A DNA stretch of 64,000 bases from NCBI GenBank assembly GCA_041690135.1, contig JAWLHY010000013.1:1-64000 (forward strand), read 5' to 3'. The notes beneath the pieces are model-generated. The model had not been told where the DNA came from, ran no database searches, and worked only from the letters and a program-made list of their open reading frames with translations. This document shows, piece by piece, positions 18,593 through 27,245 of this stretch. The position numbers were made by a program, and so were the translations under genes. The number at the start of each line of letters is the position of its first letter. Position 1 is the first letter of the stretch. This DNA comes from Armatimonadota bacterium. GTDB taxonomy: Bacteria > Armatimonadota > SYMT01.

Positions 18593-19789
18593 CTACTCCT
18601 TTGCCCACCGCCGGATGCAGGCGGCGAAGCTGGGAGCATACGCTTCGAAAGCGTTCATTTCGTGATCGTAGAGATAGACCGGGTACTCGGGGCCTGCTTC
18701 CGCCAGATTGAAGACGAAGCAATCCCCGTGCCCGGTCGTCGCAAACAGCAGCCCGTCGATCTCGGCACTCTCCGGGTCGGCGGGCCGGATCTCTCCCTTG
18801 CGGAAGCTCCGGTAATCGAGCCGTTCCGGCGTTATGACACACGCCTGAAAACCGGGTTCGCCATCCACGTCGTCGTAGCATTTCTCGCCCACGGTGCGGA
18901 CGAAATCCCGGTAACTCGGGGGGAGCTGGATACCGGCCTGGGTCTCGACACGTTTCACTTCCGCCGTCGCTACTCCTGAGCCGGCATTCTTCTTGAGGTA
19001 AGCGCGGTACCACCGGGTCAGTGCGGGATCCGGCGGCGCGGACTGGGGAGCGACGAGCGCCTCCGCGGCGAGCCTCTCCATCGCCGCGTGGACCCACGCC
19101 TGGTCTGCCGGTCCTGCCTTCGCCTTCTGCCCCATCGAGCGCACCAGTCCCCGCGCTCCCATCGTCTTGAGCAGGGCCTCCAGGCGGACGGAGAAGTGGA
19201 GCGAGCGATCCAGGGAAATGCGAGTCCACCGACCGGGCTCCCCCTTCTCCTTGCCCTTCCAACCCAGAACATGCATCCGGTACCAGGGGGTTTCTTCGCC
19301 GATGGATTCCGCCGAGGACCAGTTGAGAGACTTGAACACGTCTTGCTCGACCGGCTCCGGCTCCACATACTCGTAGTGCGAACCCGGGTGCGCCACTTTG
19401 GGTTCGCCACAGGTGGGGCAGCGGGGAACGCTTTCCCGGACGGCCGCCGTGCGGACCCGGCTTCGGGGTACTGCCAGGTACCAGTCCGTAGGCTCGCCCG
19501 ACTTCTGGTGAAAGGTTGGGTGAAACTCACACTGCCCCGGACAAACCAATTCCAGGGCCTTCCGCACCCGCTCCCGCACGAGGAGATTCCCCATCTCCGC
19601 GAGCGCCATTTCGTCCTGGGAGGTCGTTCCTTTCGCCAGAAGGTAGGGCTCGGGCACAAAATCGGTATCGACGAACCCGCAGGTGCCGCACCGGACCGGC
19701 AGCGGATTGGCGGGCAGGTCCCAGCTTCCCTTCTGATCCATCCGCCGGTCCGAGCCGGACATCTCCACATGCATCAACGGATCTGGCAT
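18593..19789 (-). CDS. Double-CXXCG domain fused to SMI1/KNR4 (SUKH) immunity-like domain
   Basis: CGTCG and CPTCG; C-terminal VKRVETQAGIQLPPSYRDF ... FATTGHGDCFVF ... VYLYDHE ... APSFAA. Confidence 0.75.
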   Translation of the reverse strand: MPDPLMHVEMSGSDRRMDQKGSWDLPANPLPVRCGTCGFVDTDFVPEPYLLAKGTTSQDEMALAEMGNLLVRERVRKALELVCPGQCEFHPTFHQKSGEPTDWYLAVPRSRVRTAAVRESVPRCPTCGEPKVAHPGSHYEYVEPEPVEQDVFKSLNWSSAESIGEETPWYRMHVLGWKGKEKGEPGRWTRISLDRSLHFSVRLEALLKTMGARGLVRSMGQKAKAGPADQAWVHAAMERLAAEALVAPQSAPPDPALTRWYRAYLKKNAGSGVATAEVKRVETQAGIQLPPSYRDFVRTVGEKCYDDVDGEPGFQACVITPERLDYRSFRKGEIRPADPESAEIDGLLFATTGHGDCFVFNLAEAGPEYPVYLYDHEMNAFEAYAPSFAACIRRWAKE

Positions 19790-19839
19790 AGCTGGGTGTT
19801 CACAACGCGATTGGGAACCCACGAGGCACTCTGGACCCA

Positions 19840-20724
19840 TCAGTCGGCTTCGTGCCCTTCCCGAAGGGCAACGTGAAGCAAGAACAACGCCGCCTGAACG
19901 GCATCGCGCTCTTTGGCTGGGAGCGGGCTCGACGCCAATTCCTCAATGACGGGTGCCAGCAACCGAACATGCCCATGGGGAATGGTGCCCAGCAGCGGCC
20001 ACGTCGGCACGGCGGTCAGGATCTGCGCGCGCCGGGTATCTCCTTTGCCCATCTCCGTGCGAAAGAACTCCACCCACTCCCGTGCAGGGAGTGACTTTGC
20101 CAGAGCCTCGAAAGCGTCGCAGAGTTGCTTCGGGTCACTGCTCTCCTGGATGTACCGCCTCAGGGGTTCTGCCAGTGCGCGAGGCTGGGCTACTGGACCC
20201 GTGACCCGCGGGAAATGCACGGCCAGAGTACCGTCACTGTTCCGCCGGCGTTCTAGCCGCCCGATCCATTCGACCTGACGAAAGTAACGCCAGAGGTAGT
20301 TATTAAGTGGCTGTAATCGGGGACGATAAGAAAACCTGAGCGTGCGCTGCTTACCGTCCATTCCCGCCGTCAGTGTATGTTCGCTCGAATGAAGACGTGC
20401 CTCGGGATCCCGTTCCGGTGCCTCGAAGAAGCCGCTCTCACGGATGAGGTGCCGCAGCTCCACGAGATCTGAGCCATCCAGATGGAGGATGCCGCGGTCC
20501 ACCTCGAGCACACTTGTGGCGGTGCGGCGCTTCACGACGACCTCGGCAACCCCATCGGTCCGAACGATCACGCGCAGATCCTGGTACTCCGTAAGGGCCA
20601 CTCCCGCGCAGTGGTAATCGAGGAGTATGGGCACCGGTTCGGCCTCAACACTCGGGGCAGCGAACACGGCACTGCCCGCCAGAGAAAGAACCAATCCCAT
20701 TGAGATCCAGGGTGATGGCGGCAT
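19840..20724 (-). CDS. Hypothetical exported protein
   Basis: Hydrophobic signal after MPPSPWISMG; start uncertain (ORF is open to 20919). Confidence 0.55.
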   Translation of the reverse strand: MPPSPWISMGLVLSLAGSAVFAAPSVEAEPVPILLDYHCAGVALTEYQDLRVIVRTDGVAEVVVKRRTATSVLEVDRGILHLDGSDLVELRHLIRESGFFEAPERDPEARLHSSEHTLTAGMDGKQRTLRFSYRPRLQPLNNYLWRYFRQVEWIGRLERRRNSDGTLAVHFPRVTGPVAQPRALAEPLRRYIQESSDPKQLCDAFEALAKSLPAREWVEFFRTEMGKGDTRRAQILTAVPTWPLLGTIPHGHVRLLAPVIEELASSPLPAKERDAVQAALFLLHVALREGHEAD

Positions 20725-20933
20725 CGGATCAAACCTCCGAGAGAGTTCTCCGCAACTACCGGCAGCATGGGCGAATCGGCTTCCCGTTCTCTTTCGAAGG
20801 TGACACTTCCTGCAAACGATGATCCGGTGCCCCGCACGTTCTGCAGGCGTATAGTGGCCGAAGAGGTAGGTCGCGAAAATCGAGGCAGGAAGTATCCCCT
20901 TCCGTCGCTGATCTGGCATCGGAGGAGAGGCTC

Positions 20934-21575
20934 ATGAAACGGTATGGTTGGGCGTTGCTATCGTTCACCGCGGTGCTGGCGGTGGGCGGGGTGGCGGCCG
21001 AGAAGTTCGAGACGCTCTACGACGGCAAGGAGTTAAAGGGCTGGTGGGCGAAAGACGGCCAGCTCGAGCTCTGGAAGTCGGAAAACGGGGTCATCGTGAC
21101 GCCAATGTCCGGAGGTGGCTGGCTGACCACGGAGAAGGAGTACGGTGACTTCGTCTTCCAGGCCGATTGGAAGATCGTCTCCGGGGGCAACAGCGGGGTC
21201 GGGATCCGTTTTCCTAAAGACGGCCGGCCCTGGATCGAGGGCGTCGAAATCCAACTGCTGGATGACGATGCGCCGATGCACAAGAATCTAAAGCCCTACC
21301 AGTACACGGGCAGCGTCTACGGGATCTCCCCACCCACGAAGCGCGTGGCGAAGGCGCCCGGCGAATGGAACCGGGTCGAGATCCGCTGCCAGGGTCCCCT
21401 TATCGAAGTCAAGATCAACGACGTGCTGGTCAACCGTGTGAATGCGGACGAGGCCACGAAGGCGGAAGGCGACGCCAAGCCCCTCAGCCAGCGGGTGCGC
21501 AAAGGCTATATCGGACTGCAGGCCTATGGCCCCCGCACCGAGTTCCGCAACATCCGCATCCGTGAACTCAAGTAA
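20934..21575 (+). CDS. DUF1080 (3-keto-disaccharide hydrolase/hydratase family) protein
   Basis: LYDGKEL.GW, GNSG, EIQLLD, GEWN, GYIGLQ, FRNIRI; signal peptide. Confidence 0.9.
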   Translation: MKRYGWALLSFTAVLAVGGVAAEKFETLYDGKELKGWWAKDGQLELWKSENGVIVTPMSGGGWLTTEKEYGDFVFQADWKIVSGGNSGVGIRFPKDGRPWIEGVEIQLLDDDAPMHKNLKPYQYTGSVYGISPPTKRVAKAPGEWNRVEIRCQGPLIEVKINDVLVNRVNADEATKAEGDAKPLSQRVRKGYIGLQAYGPRTEFRNIRIRELK

Positions 21576-21580
21576 AGAAG

Positions 21581-22879
21581 ATGATGAACAACCCACTGGA
21601 TCGACGCACGTTCCTCTTCGGCGCCCTCGCCGCCCCCGTCCTCGCGCCCACGATTGCCCACGCCCAGATGACTCCCGAGAAGCTCAAGCTCGGCATCATC
21701 GGCTGCGCGGGCCAGGGCGAATACAACTGGTCCAACGTCGCGGATGAGGAGATCGTATCTCTCTGCGACGTGGATCTGTCCCGCGTCGGCAAGGCGCAAA
21801 TGCGCTTCCCCAGCGCGGAGGTGGTCCAGGACTTCCGCCGCGTATTGGACCGCGACGATATCGACGGCGTCGTGATTTCCACGCCGGACCACTGGCACGC
21901 CCCCATGAGCGTGTGGGCGATGCAGGCCGGTAAGCACGTCTACTGTGAGAAGCCGCTCACCCACTCCATCCACGAAGCTCGGGTGGTGCGGAAGATGGCG
22001 AAGGACCGGAAGCGGGTCACCCAGATGGGGACGCAGATCCATGCCGGCTCCAACTACCGCCGGGTAGTGGAACTGATCCAGGCGGGTGCCATCGGTCCGG
22101 TGAACCGGGTGGAGGTCTGGGTCGGATCTCGCCCGCTCCCCCGAAAGCGGGTCGCCACGGGTGCGCCTCCCGCCAACCTTGATTACGAGCTCTGGTTGGG
22201 ACCTGCGCCGGAATTCCCCTACAATGCCGAAGTGGTGCCGTTCCACTGGCGGTGGTGGTGGGAGTTCGGCGGCGGCGTGCTCGCCGACATGGGCTGCCAT
22301 TTCATGGACCTCCCCACCTGGGCCCTGGGCCTCCGGGCGCCGGAGCGGGTCTCCGCCAGCGGAACTCCCGTCACCGGTGGCGACAACAACGTTCCGGTGG
22401 AGATGCGGGTCGACTATCACTACCCGGCGCGAAAGGGGCAGCCGCCGGTCCACCTCACCTGGTTCCACGGCATTGGTGGTCCGCGTGACGAGGCGGGGAC
22501 GGTCCGCAACCTGCACGGCTTCGGCAGCGGTGTCCTTTTCCACGGTGAGAAGGGACAACTCCTGGCCGACTACGGGCGACACATGCTCTTGCCCGAGGAC
22601 CGCTTCAAGGACTTCCAGCGCCCGGCGCCGACGATCCCCGACTCCATCGGCCATCACCGGGAATGGATCGAGGCGATCAAGAACGGCGGCCCAACGACTT
22701 GCAACTTCGACTATGCCGGACGCCTCACGGAAACCGTCCTCCTCGGCAACGTCTCCTACCGCCTCGGTCAGGAAGTCCGATGGGATGCCGACGACATGAT
22801 CGTTAAGGGCGTTCCCCGCAAGGAGTGGGAACCCTTCATCAAGCGCGACTACCGCGGCAACTGGAAACTCAAGGCCTGA
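21581..22879 (+). CDS. Gfo/Idh/MocA family oxidoreductase, Tat signal
   Basis: DRRTFL; TPDHWH, YCEKP, QMGTQ, DMGCH. Confidence 0.9.
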   Translation: MMNNPLDRRTFLFGALAAPVLAPTIAHAQMTPEKLKLGIIGCAGQGEYNWSNVADEEIVSLCDVDLSRVGKAQMRFPSAEVVQDFRRVLDRDDIDGVVISTPDHWHAPMSVWAMQAGKHVYCEKPLTHSIHEARVVRKMAKDRKRVTQMGTQIHAGSNYRRVVELIQAGAIGPVNRVEVWVGSRPLPRKRVATGAPPANLDYELWLGPAPEFPYNAEVVPFHWRWWWEFGGGVLADMGCHFMDLPTWALGLRAPERVSASGTPVTGGDNNVPVEMRVDYHYPARKGQPPVHLTWFHGIGGPRDEAGTVRNLHGFGSGVLFHGEKGQLLADYGRHMLLPEDRFKDFQRPAPTIPDSIGHHREWIEAIKNGGPTTCNFDYAGRLTETVLLGNVSYRLGQEVRWDADDMIVKGVPRKEWEPFIKRDYRGNWKLKA

Positions 22880-22892
22880 TCCCGCGGCGGCT

Positions 22893-22952
22893 GATTGCAA
22901 ATTGTAAACTGCAAATTTTCAATTTCAAATTTGCAATTTACAATTTGCAATC
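22893..22952. repeat. AT-rich palindrome of 7-nt-period units between convergent genes (possible bidirectional terminator)
   Basis: GATTGCAAATTGTAAA (22893-22908) / TTTACAATTTGCAATC (22937-22952); inner TGCAAATTT / AAATTTGCA. Confidence 0.75.
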
Positions 22953-22962
22953 GCCAACTCCC

Positions 22963-24273
22963 CTATCCCTTCGGCGCCGCCCAGTGACCGTCCCGGTACT
23001 TCCGGCTCACCATTCGCGTCGCCTCGCGGTCGCCGGGAAAGACCTCCTTCTCCGGATCGAATGCCAGCGTTCGGCCCAACCGGGCGGAGATGTTCGCCAG
23101 GTGGCAAAGGCTGGCCGTGAGGTGTCCCGCCAGGCCGTCGGCGTTGAGGTTCTTCTGGGTCCCGCGCACGCAGTCGAGGAAATTGTCGTGGTGGGCCTTC
23201 AAGTCCGCCGGCCCTGTCCGTTCCGCCAGCAGTTTGTTCTTCGGACCGTAGAGTTTCCAGCCGACCGTGTGCCCGATGATGAGCTGGCCATTCGTCCCGT
23301 AGAAGGCCGCGCCGTTCTCGTAACCTTCCTGGTTGTAGGGGGACCAGCTCCGCTGCTCGAAGATGAGCTGCTTCATCCGCCCCGGCTTCCCTGCAACAGG
23401 ATACTCGAACACGGCGTACTGCGTGTCCGGGAACTGCTGGTCATCATCGAAGAAGTACTTGCCGCCCAGACAGGTGATCCGCGTGGGGTGCGTGGTGACG
23501 CCGAGACCCCAGGCCGCCACGTCGACGTCGTGGACGCCGTCGTTGCCGATGTCTCCGCAGCCGAAGTCGTACCACCAGCGCCAGATGCCGGGGAGCAGGT
23601 TCGAGCGGTACGGAACCATTGGCGCCGGTCCGATCCACATGTCGTAGTCCAGGGTGGGGGGAGGAGAACTCGGTTGCGACTTGCCGATGCTTCCCCGGCG
23701 CTGGCTGTTCCAGGCTTTCGCGACCAGGACCTCGCCGATCTCCCCCTTCTGCACGCGCTCAATCGCTTCCCGCACCACCGCTGTGCTGCGGCTCTGGGTG
23801 CCTACCTGCAGCAACTTCCCGGACCGCTTCGCGGCCTCGACCATCAGGCGGCCTTCGCGGATGTTATGGCTGCACGGCTTCTCGACGTACACGTGCTTAC
23901 CCGCGTTGAGAGCCAGGATAGCGGCGGGAGCGTGCCAGTGGTCCGGCGTGGCGATCCACACCGCTTCCACCCGAGGATCCTCGTACACCCGGCGCATGTC
24001 CGTTACTGCCTTCGGCGCCTGCCCGGAAGCGGTTTCCACCAGCTTCGCCGCGGCCTCCAGGCGGGGACGGTCGGGGTCGCAGACGTAGGCTACCTCGACG
24101 TCCTTCCGTGCGGTCAACAGGCGTAGGTGGGCGGTCCCCATCCCACCAGGGCCGATCACCCCCACCACGACCTTGCGGCCCTCCTGGGCTTGCGCGTGGC
24201 TGGCACCCAGGGAAAGTGCGGCGATACCCAGTCCGGTATCGCGAAGGAACTCCCGGCGTTGCGTAGCGGACAT
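22963..24273 (-). CDS. Gfo/Idh/MocA family oxidoreductase, Tat signal
   Basis: QRREFL; GPGGMG, TPDHWH, YVEKP, QVGTQSRS, NDGVHD. Confidence 0.9.
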   Translation of the reverse strand: MSATQRREFLRDTGLGIAALSLGASHAQAQEGRKVVVGVIGPGGMGTAHLRLLTARKDVEVAYVCDPDRPRLEAAAKLVETASGQAPKAVTDMRRVYEDPRVEAVWIATPDHWHAPAAILALNAGKHVYVEKPCSHNIREGRLMVEAAKRSGKLLQVGTQSRSTAVVREAIERVQKGEIGEVLVAKAWNSQRRGSIGKSQPSSPPPTLDYDMWIGPAPMVPYRSNLLPGIWRWWYDFGCGDIGNDGVHDVDVAAWGLGVTTHPTRITCLGGKYFFDDDQQFPDTQYAVFEYPVAGKPGRMKQLIFEQRSWSPYNQEGYENGAAFYGTNGQLIIGHTVGWKLYGPKNKLLAERTGPADLKAHHDNFLDCVRGTQKNLNADGLAGHLTASLCHLANISARLGRTLAFDPEKEVFPGDREATRMVSRKYRDGHWAAPKG

Positions 24274-24443
24274 GGCAGGCTCATCCTCTCCGTGGATCTG
24301 AGCCGGTCACTTCGCTCAACTCGAACGGATGTGGCCGGCGGAGCTTGCGAGGACTGCGGTGCGCACCCTCTTGCCAAGCCGTTTCACGCCCCGGTTCTCG
24401 GGTTCCTGCACGAAATCTCGGAACCCCGACCCGTTACCCGCCA

Positions 24444-24540
24444 CCTTCAACCCTTGGCCCCAGAGGGGGGCTTCAACCTTCAATCCCTGGCCCCAGAGGG
24501 GGGCTTCAACCTCCAACCTTCTTCCAACCTTCAACTTCCA
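24444..24540. repeat. 33-bp direct duplication followed by CCTTCAA-type heptamers
   Basis: 24444-24476 and 24477-24509 differ at two positions; then CCTCCAA, CTTCCAA, CCTTCAA units. Confidence 0.8.
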
Positions 24541-25574
24541 ACCGCCGATGCTTCGTTGCCGGCCGAAAACTGCTCCTGAAGGTAGTCGTAGACGTGCCGG
24601 CTGAGCTGCGCGATCGCCTCGGAAGTCACCGAGGGCCGGTTGTCCCGTTCGATGAACACGGCAATCGTGTAGCGCAAGCCGTCCGGCGTTTCCACGAATG
24701 CCGCGTCGTGCAAGAGGTCACTCATAGTCCCGGTCTTGTTGCCTACCACCGCTTCGGGAGGAAGATCTGCGGGAATACGGGTCTGCCACCTCTGGTCCAG
24801 GAGGATCTCTCGCATCTCGTCGCTTGCCGACGGGCTGACCAGCGTGCCCTCCACGATCTGCTCCAGCATGCGGGTCATTTCGCGGGCAGTCACCAGATTG
24901 GGTCCCTGGGGTTCCTCGTCAAGGATGCGCGCCCTCACGACGGTTTCCGTGTATCCGTTGTCAATCAGCCAGCGGTTGATCCGGGCCATCCCTAGACGAT
25001 CGATCAAGGCGTTCGTGGCCCCGTTGTGGCTCACGGTGATCATTCGCCGCATCAAGCGTTCGTCCCTGGGGTTCCGTTCCAGATCGCCCTTCGCCCAGGC
25101 GTCGTAGAGTGCTCCCATCACGGGTAGCTTGATTACGCTGGCCGCCGCGATTCGCTCATCGGCGTGCAGCCCGGCCTCAATACCGTTCTCCAACCGAACA
25201 TGGGCGCTCACGTGGCCGTTGATGGAGGCGGCCTCCAGTTCGAGGATGGCTCGCAACCCCTCGGCGATCTCCCGGCGGCGAATCTCCTCCGGTGTGGGTT
25301 GAGGTTCCAGGCCTCGCAGCGGGAATAGCGGACGCGGGGCTATCGGGGTGACTTGCGCCTCCTGTCGGGGCACAGCCTGGGTTCTTCCCTGCAGTTGGGG
25401 CCCGTAAGTGGTTGCCAGACCCGCAACGATCAGTGTTGCCGCCAGGCTGCAGACGACTTTCACGCGTGCGGCGCCTCGCGGTGATGGCGTTGAATGTTCG
25501 AAACGGGTGTCCTCTCCGACGGGGCACACCGCGGCGGTCAGTTCTGAGATTATCTCGCTGTTTTCTCGTCTCAC
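24531..25574 (-). CDS. Serine hydrolase, class A beta-lactamase-like fold, membrane-anchored or exported
   Basis: SVIK, SHN and KTG motifs; hydrophobic N-terminal segment; alternative GTG start at 25463. Confidence 0.8.
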   Translation of the reverse strand: MRRENSEIISELTAAVCPVGEDTRFEHSTPSPRGAARVKVVCSLAATLIVAGLATTYGPQLQGRTQAVPRQEAQVTPIAPRPLFPLRGLEPQPTPEEIRRREIAEGLRAILELEAASINGHVSAHVRLENGIEAGLHADERIAAASVIKLPVMGALYDAWAKGDLERNPRDERLMRRMITVSHNGATNALIDRLGMARINRWLIDNGYTETVVRARILDEEPQGPNLVTAREMTRMLEQIVEGTLVSPSASDEMREILLDQRWQTRIPADLPPEAVVGNKTGTMSDLLHDAAFVETPDGLRYTIAVFIERDNRPSVTSEAIAQLSRHVYDYLQEQFSAGNEASAVGS

Positions 25575-25752
25575 TCGGTTTCTCTTCCCACTTCCCGTCT
25601 GATCTTACCCACGACATCCGTGGCCGTTCGCCGTGTGGTCTCGGGGATGAGGAGGAGGGTGCCTGCCAACAGTTGAACCAAACCTGCGGTGTAGGCCACT
25701 CATGCTCCGCGTGTCCGGGTATCTTGCGGGGCGATAGCCGGGAGTGCCAGTC

Positions 25753-26430
25753 ATGTCGATGTCCACCAGCCTTGAAGAAGCCGTAGAGTTTGCCGAAAAC
25801 CCCGAGCCGCGCTGTCCCTGCGTCTTGCTGCTGGACACTTCCGGGTCCATGCAAGGCTCAGCGATCGTGGCATTGAACGAGGGGGTTCGCACGTTCCGGG
25901 ACCACCTGGTGCGCGATCCGCTCGCCTCACGTCGGGTAGAGGTGGCCGTCGTGACGTTCAACAGCGAGGTGGAGGTGGCGCAGGACTTCGTGACCGCGGA
26001 CCAGTTCGACCCGCCCGTGCTCGCAGCGGAGGGGCTCACCCTGATGGGGACCGGCATCACGAAAGCTCTCGATATGATCCAGGACCGCAAGGCCCGATAC
26101 CGGGCCAACGGCATTGCCTACTACCGGCCGTGGGTGTTGATGATCACGGACGGCGAGCCCCAGGGGGAGACGGACCACGTGGTCGAGATCATGGCGAAAC
26201 GCCTCAAGGCCGACGAGGAGAACAAGCACGTGGCCTTCTTCGCGGTGGGTGTGCAGGGGGCGAACATGACGAGACTGGCACAGATCTGCCCGCGGCCGCC
26301 GGTCAAGCTCAATGGGCTCAACTTCAACGAGATGTTCGTCTGGCTCTCCACCAGCATGCAGAAGGTCGCCCAGTCCCAGATGGACGTCCAGGTAGCGCTG
26401 CCGCCACCCGGAGAAGAGACGCCGGTATGA
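25753..26430 (+). CDS. terY: TerY/YegL-type vWA domain protein
   Basis: FAENPEPRCPCVLLLDTSGSM (MIDAS DxSxS), YYRPWV.MITDGEP, F.WLS.SM. Confidence 0.9.
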   Translation: MSMSTSLEEAVEFAENPEPRCPCVLLLDTSGSMQGSAIVALNEGVRTFRDHLVRDPLASRRVEVAVVTFNSEVEVAQDFVTADQFDPPVLAAEGLTLMGTGITKALDMIQDRKARYRANGIAYYRPWVLMITDGEPQGETDHVVEIMAKRLKADEENKHVAFFAVGVQGANMTRLAQICPRPPVKLNGLNFNEMFVWLSTSMQKVAQSQMDVQVALPPPGEETPV

Positions 26431-27245
26431 CCTGGCGGAAGAGGCACGCCCCTTCAGTCCCGGAAGAGGATGGCGGAGACTGGCGAGTGGTGGCCGGGTC
26501 GGTGTGCGGCAGCTCGCATGCGCGCTGCGACCAGTCCTGCCAGGACGCTCACTACTGGCAGCCGCTTCCCGGTGGCATCCTCGTCGCCGCGGTGGCTGAT
26601 GGTGCGGGATCCGCTGCTCTGGGTGCCGTGGGAGCGGATCTGGCCGTCCGGCGATCGGTCGATAGTCTGTGCCGGGCCATCGAAGACGACCGGATTTCCG
26701 GCGCGGCCAGTCCGGCTGCGGAGTATTGTTCCGAGCTGTTGAAGGAGGCGGTGGCGGCTGTGCGATCGCGGCTGTTGGAAGAGGCCGTGGTCCGGGACGT
26801 GACACCGCGAGATCTGGCGACTACCCTGATCCTCGCGGTGATGGCCCCCGGATATGTGGCGGTGGCACAGGTAGGCGATGGCGCGGCGGTTCTGCGGGAA
26901 ACGACCGGAAGCCTGGTGCCTCTCACACGACCTGCCGGTAGCGAATACGTGAACCATACGACCTTCGTCGTTTCTGATGATGCCCTCGAAACGGCGCAGG
27001 TGGAGGTGTGGCGGGGGTGCGCCACGCACGTCACGTTGTTCTCCGACGGCCTGCAGCGACTCGCCCTCCGGATGCCGGAAGGCGAACCGCACGAACCTTT
27101 TTTCGCACCCCTCTTTCGGTTTGCGGAGCAAGTGACAGATATGGAAGAAGCGAATCGGCAGTTGGCGACCTTCCTCGGCTCGGCCCGTATTCAGGAGCGG
27201 ACGGATGATGACGTCACGCTGCTGCTGGCCACACGGTGTCCATGA
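26427..27245 (+). CDS. PP2C-like phosphatase of the TerY-P triad (YegK/PphC-like)
   Basis: SV.GSSH....CQD, VADGAGSA, ATTL, VGDG, EY.N.T.F, SDGL, DDD.TL; ATGA overlap with terY. Confidence 0.9.
   Translation: MTWRKRHAPSVPEEDGGDWRVVAGSVCGSSHARCDQSCQDAHYWQPLPGGILVAAVADGAGSAALGAVGADLAVRRSVDSLCRAIEDDRISGAASPAAEYCSELLKEAVAAVRSRLLEEAVVRDVTPRDLATTLILAVMAPGYVAVAQVGDGAAVLRETTGSLVPLTRPAGSEYVNHTTFVVSDDALETAQVEVWRGCATHVTLFSDGLQRLALRMPEGEPHEPFFAPLFRFAEQVTDMEEANRQLATFLGSARIQERTDDDVTLLLATRCP

Noticed and set aside
24444-24509. Mini-CRISPR from the 33-bp repeats
   Set aside because: The two copies are directly adjacent with no spacer.
24531-25574. Functional class A beta-lactamase
   Set aside because: SxxK, SxN and KTG are present but no ExxLN omega-loop motif is visible; more likely a PBP-like serine hydrolase.
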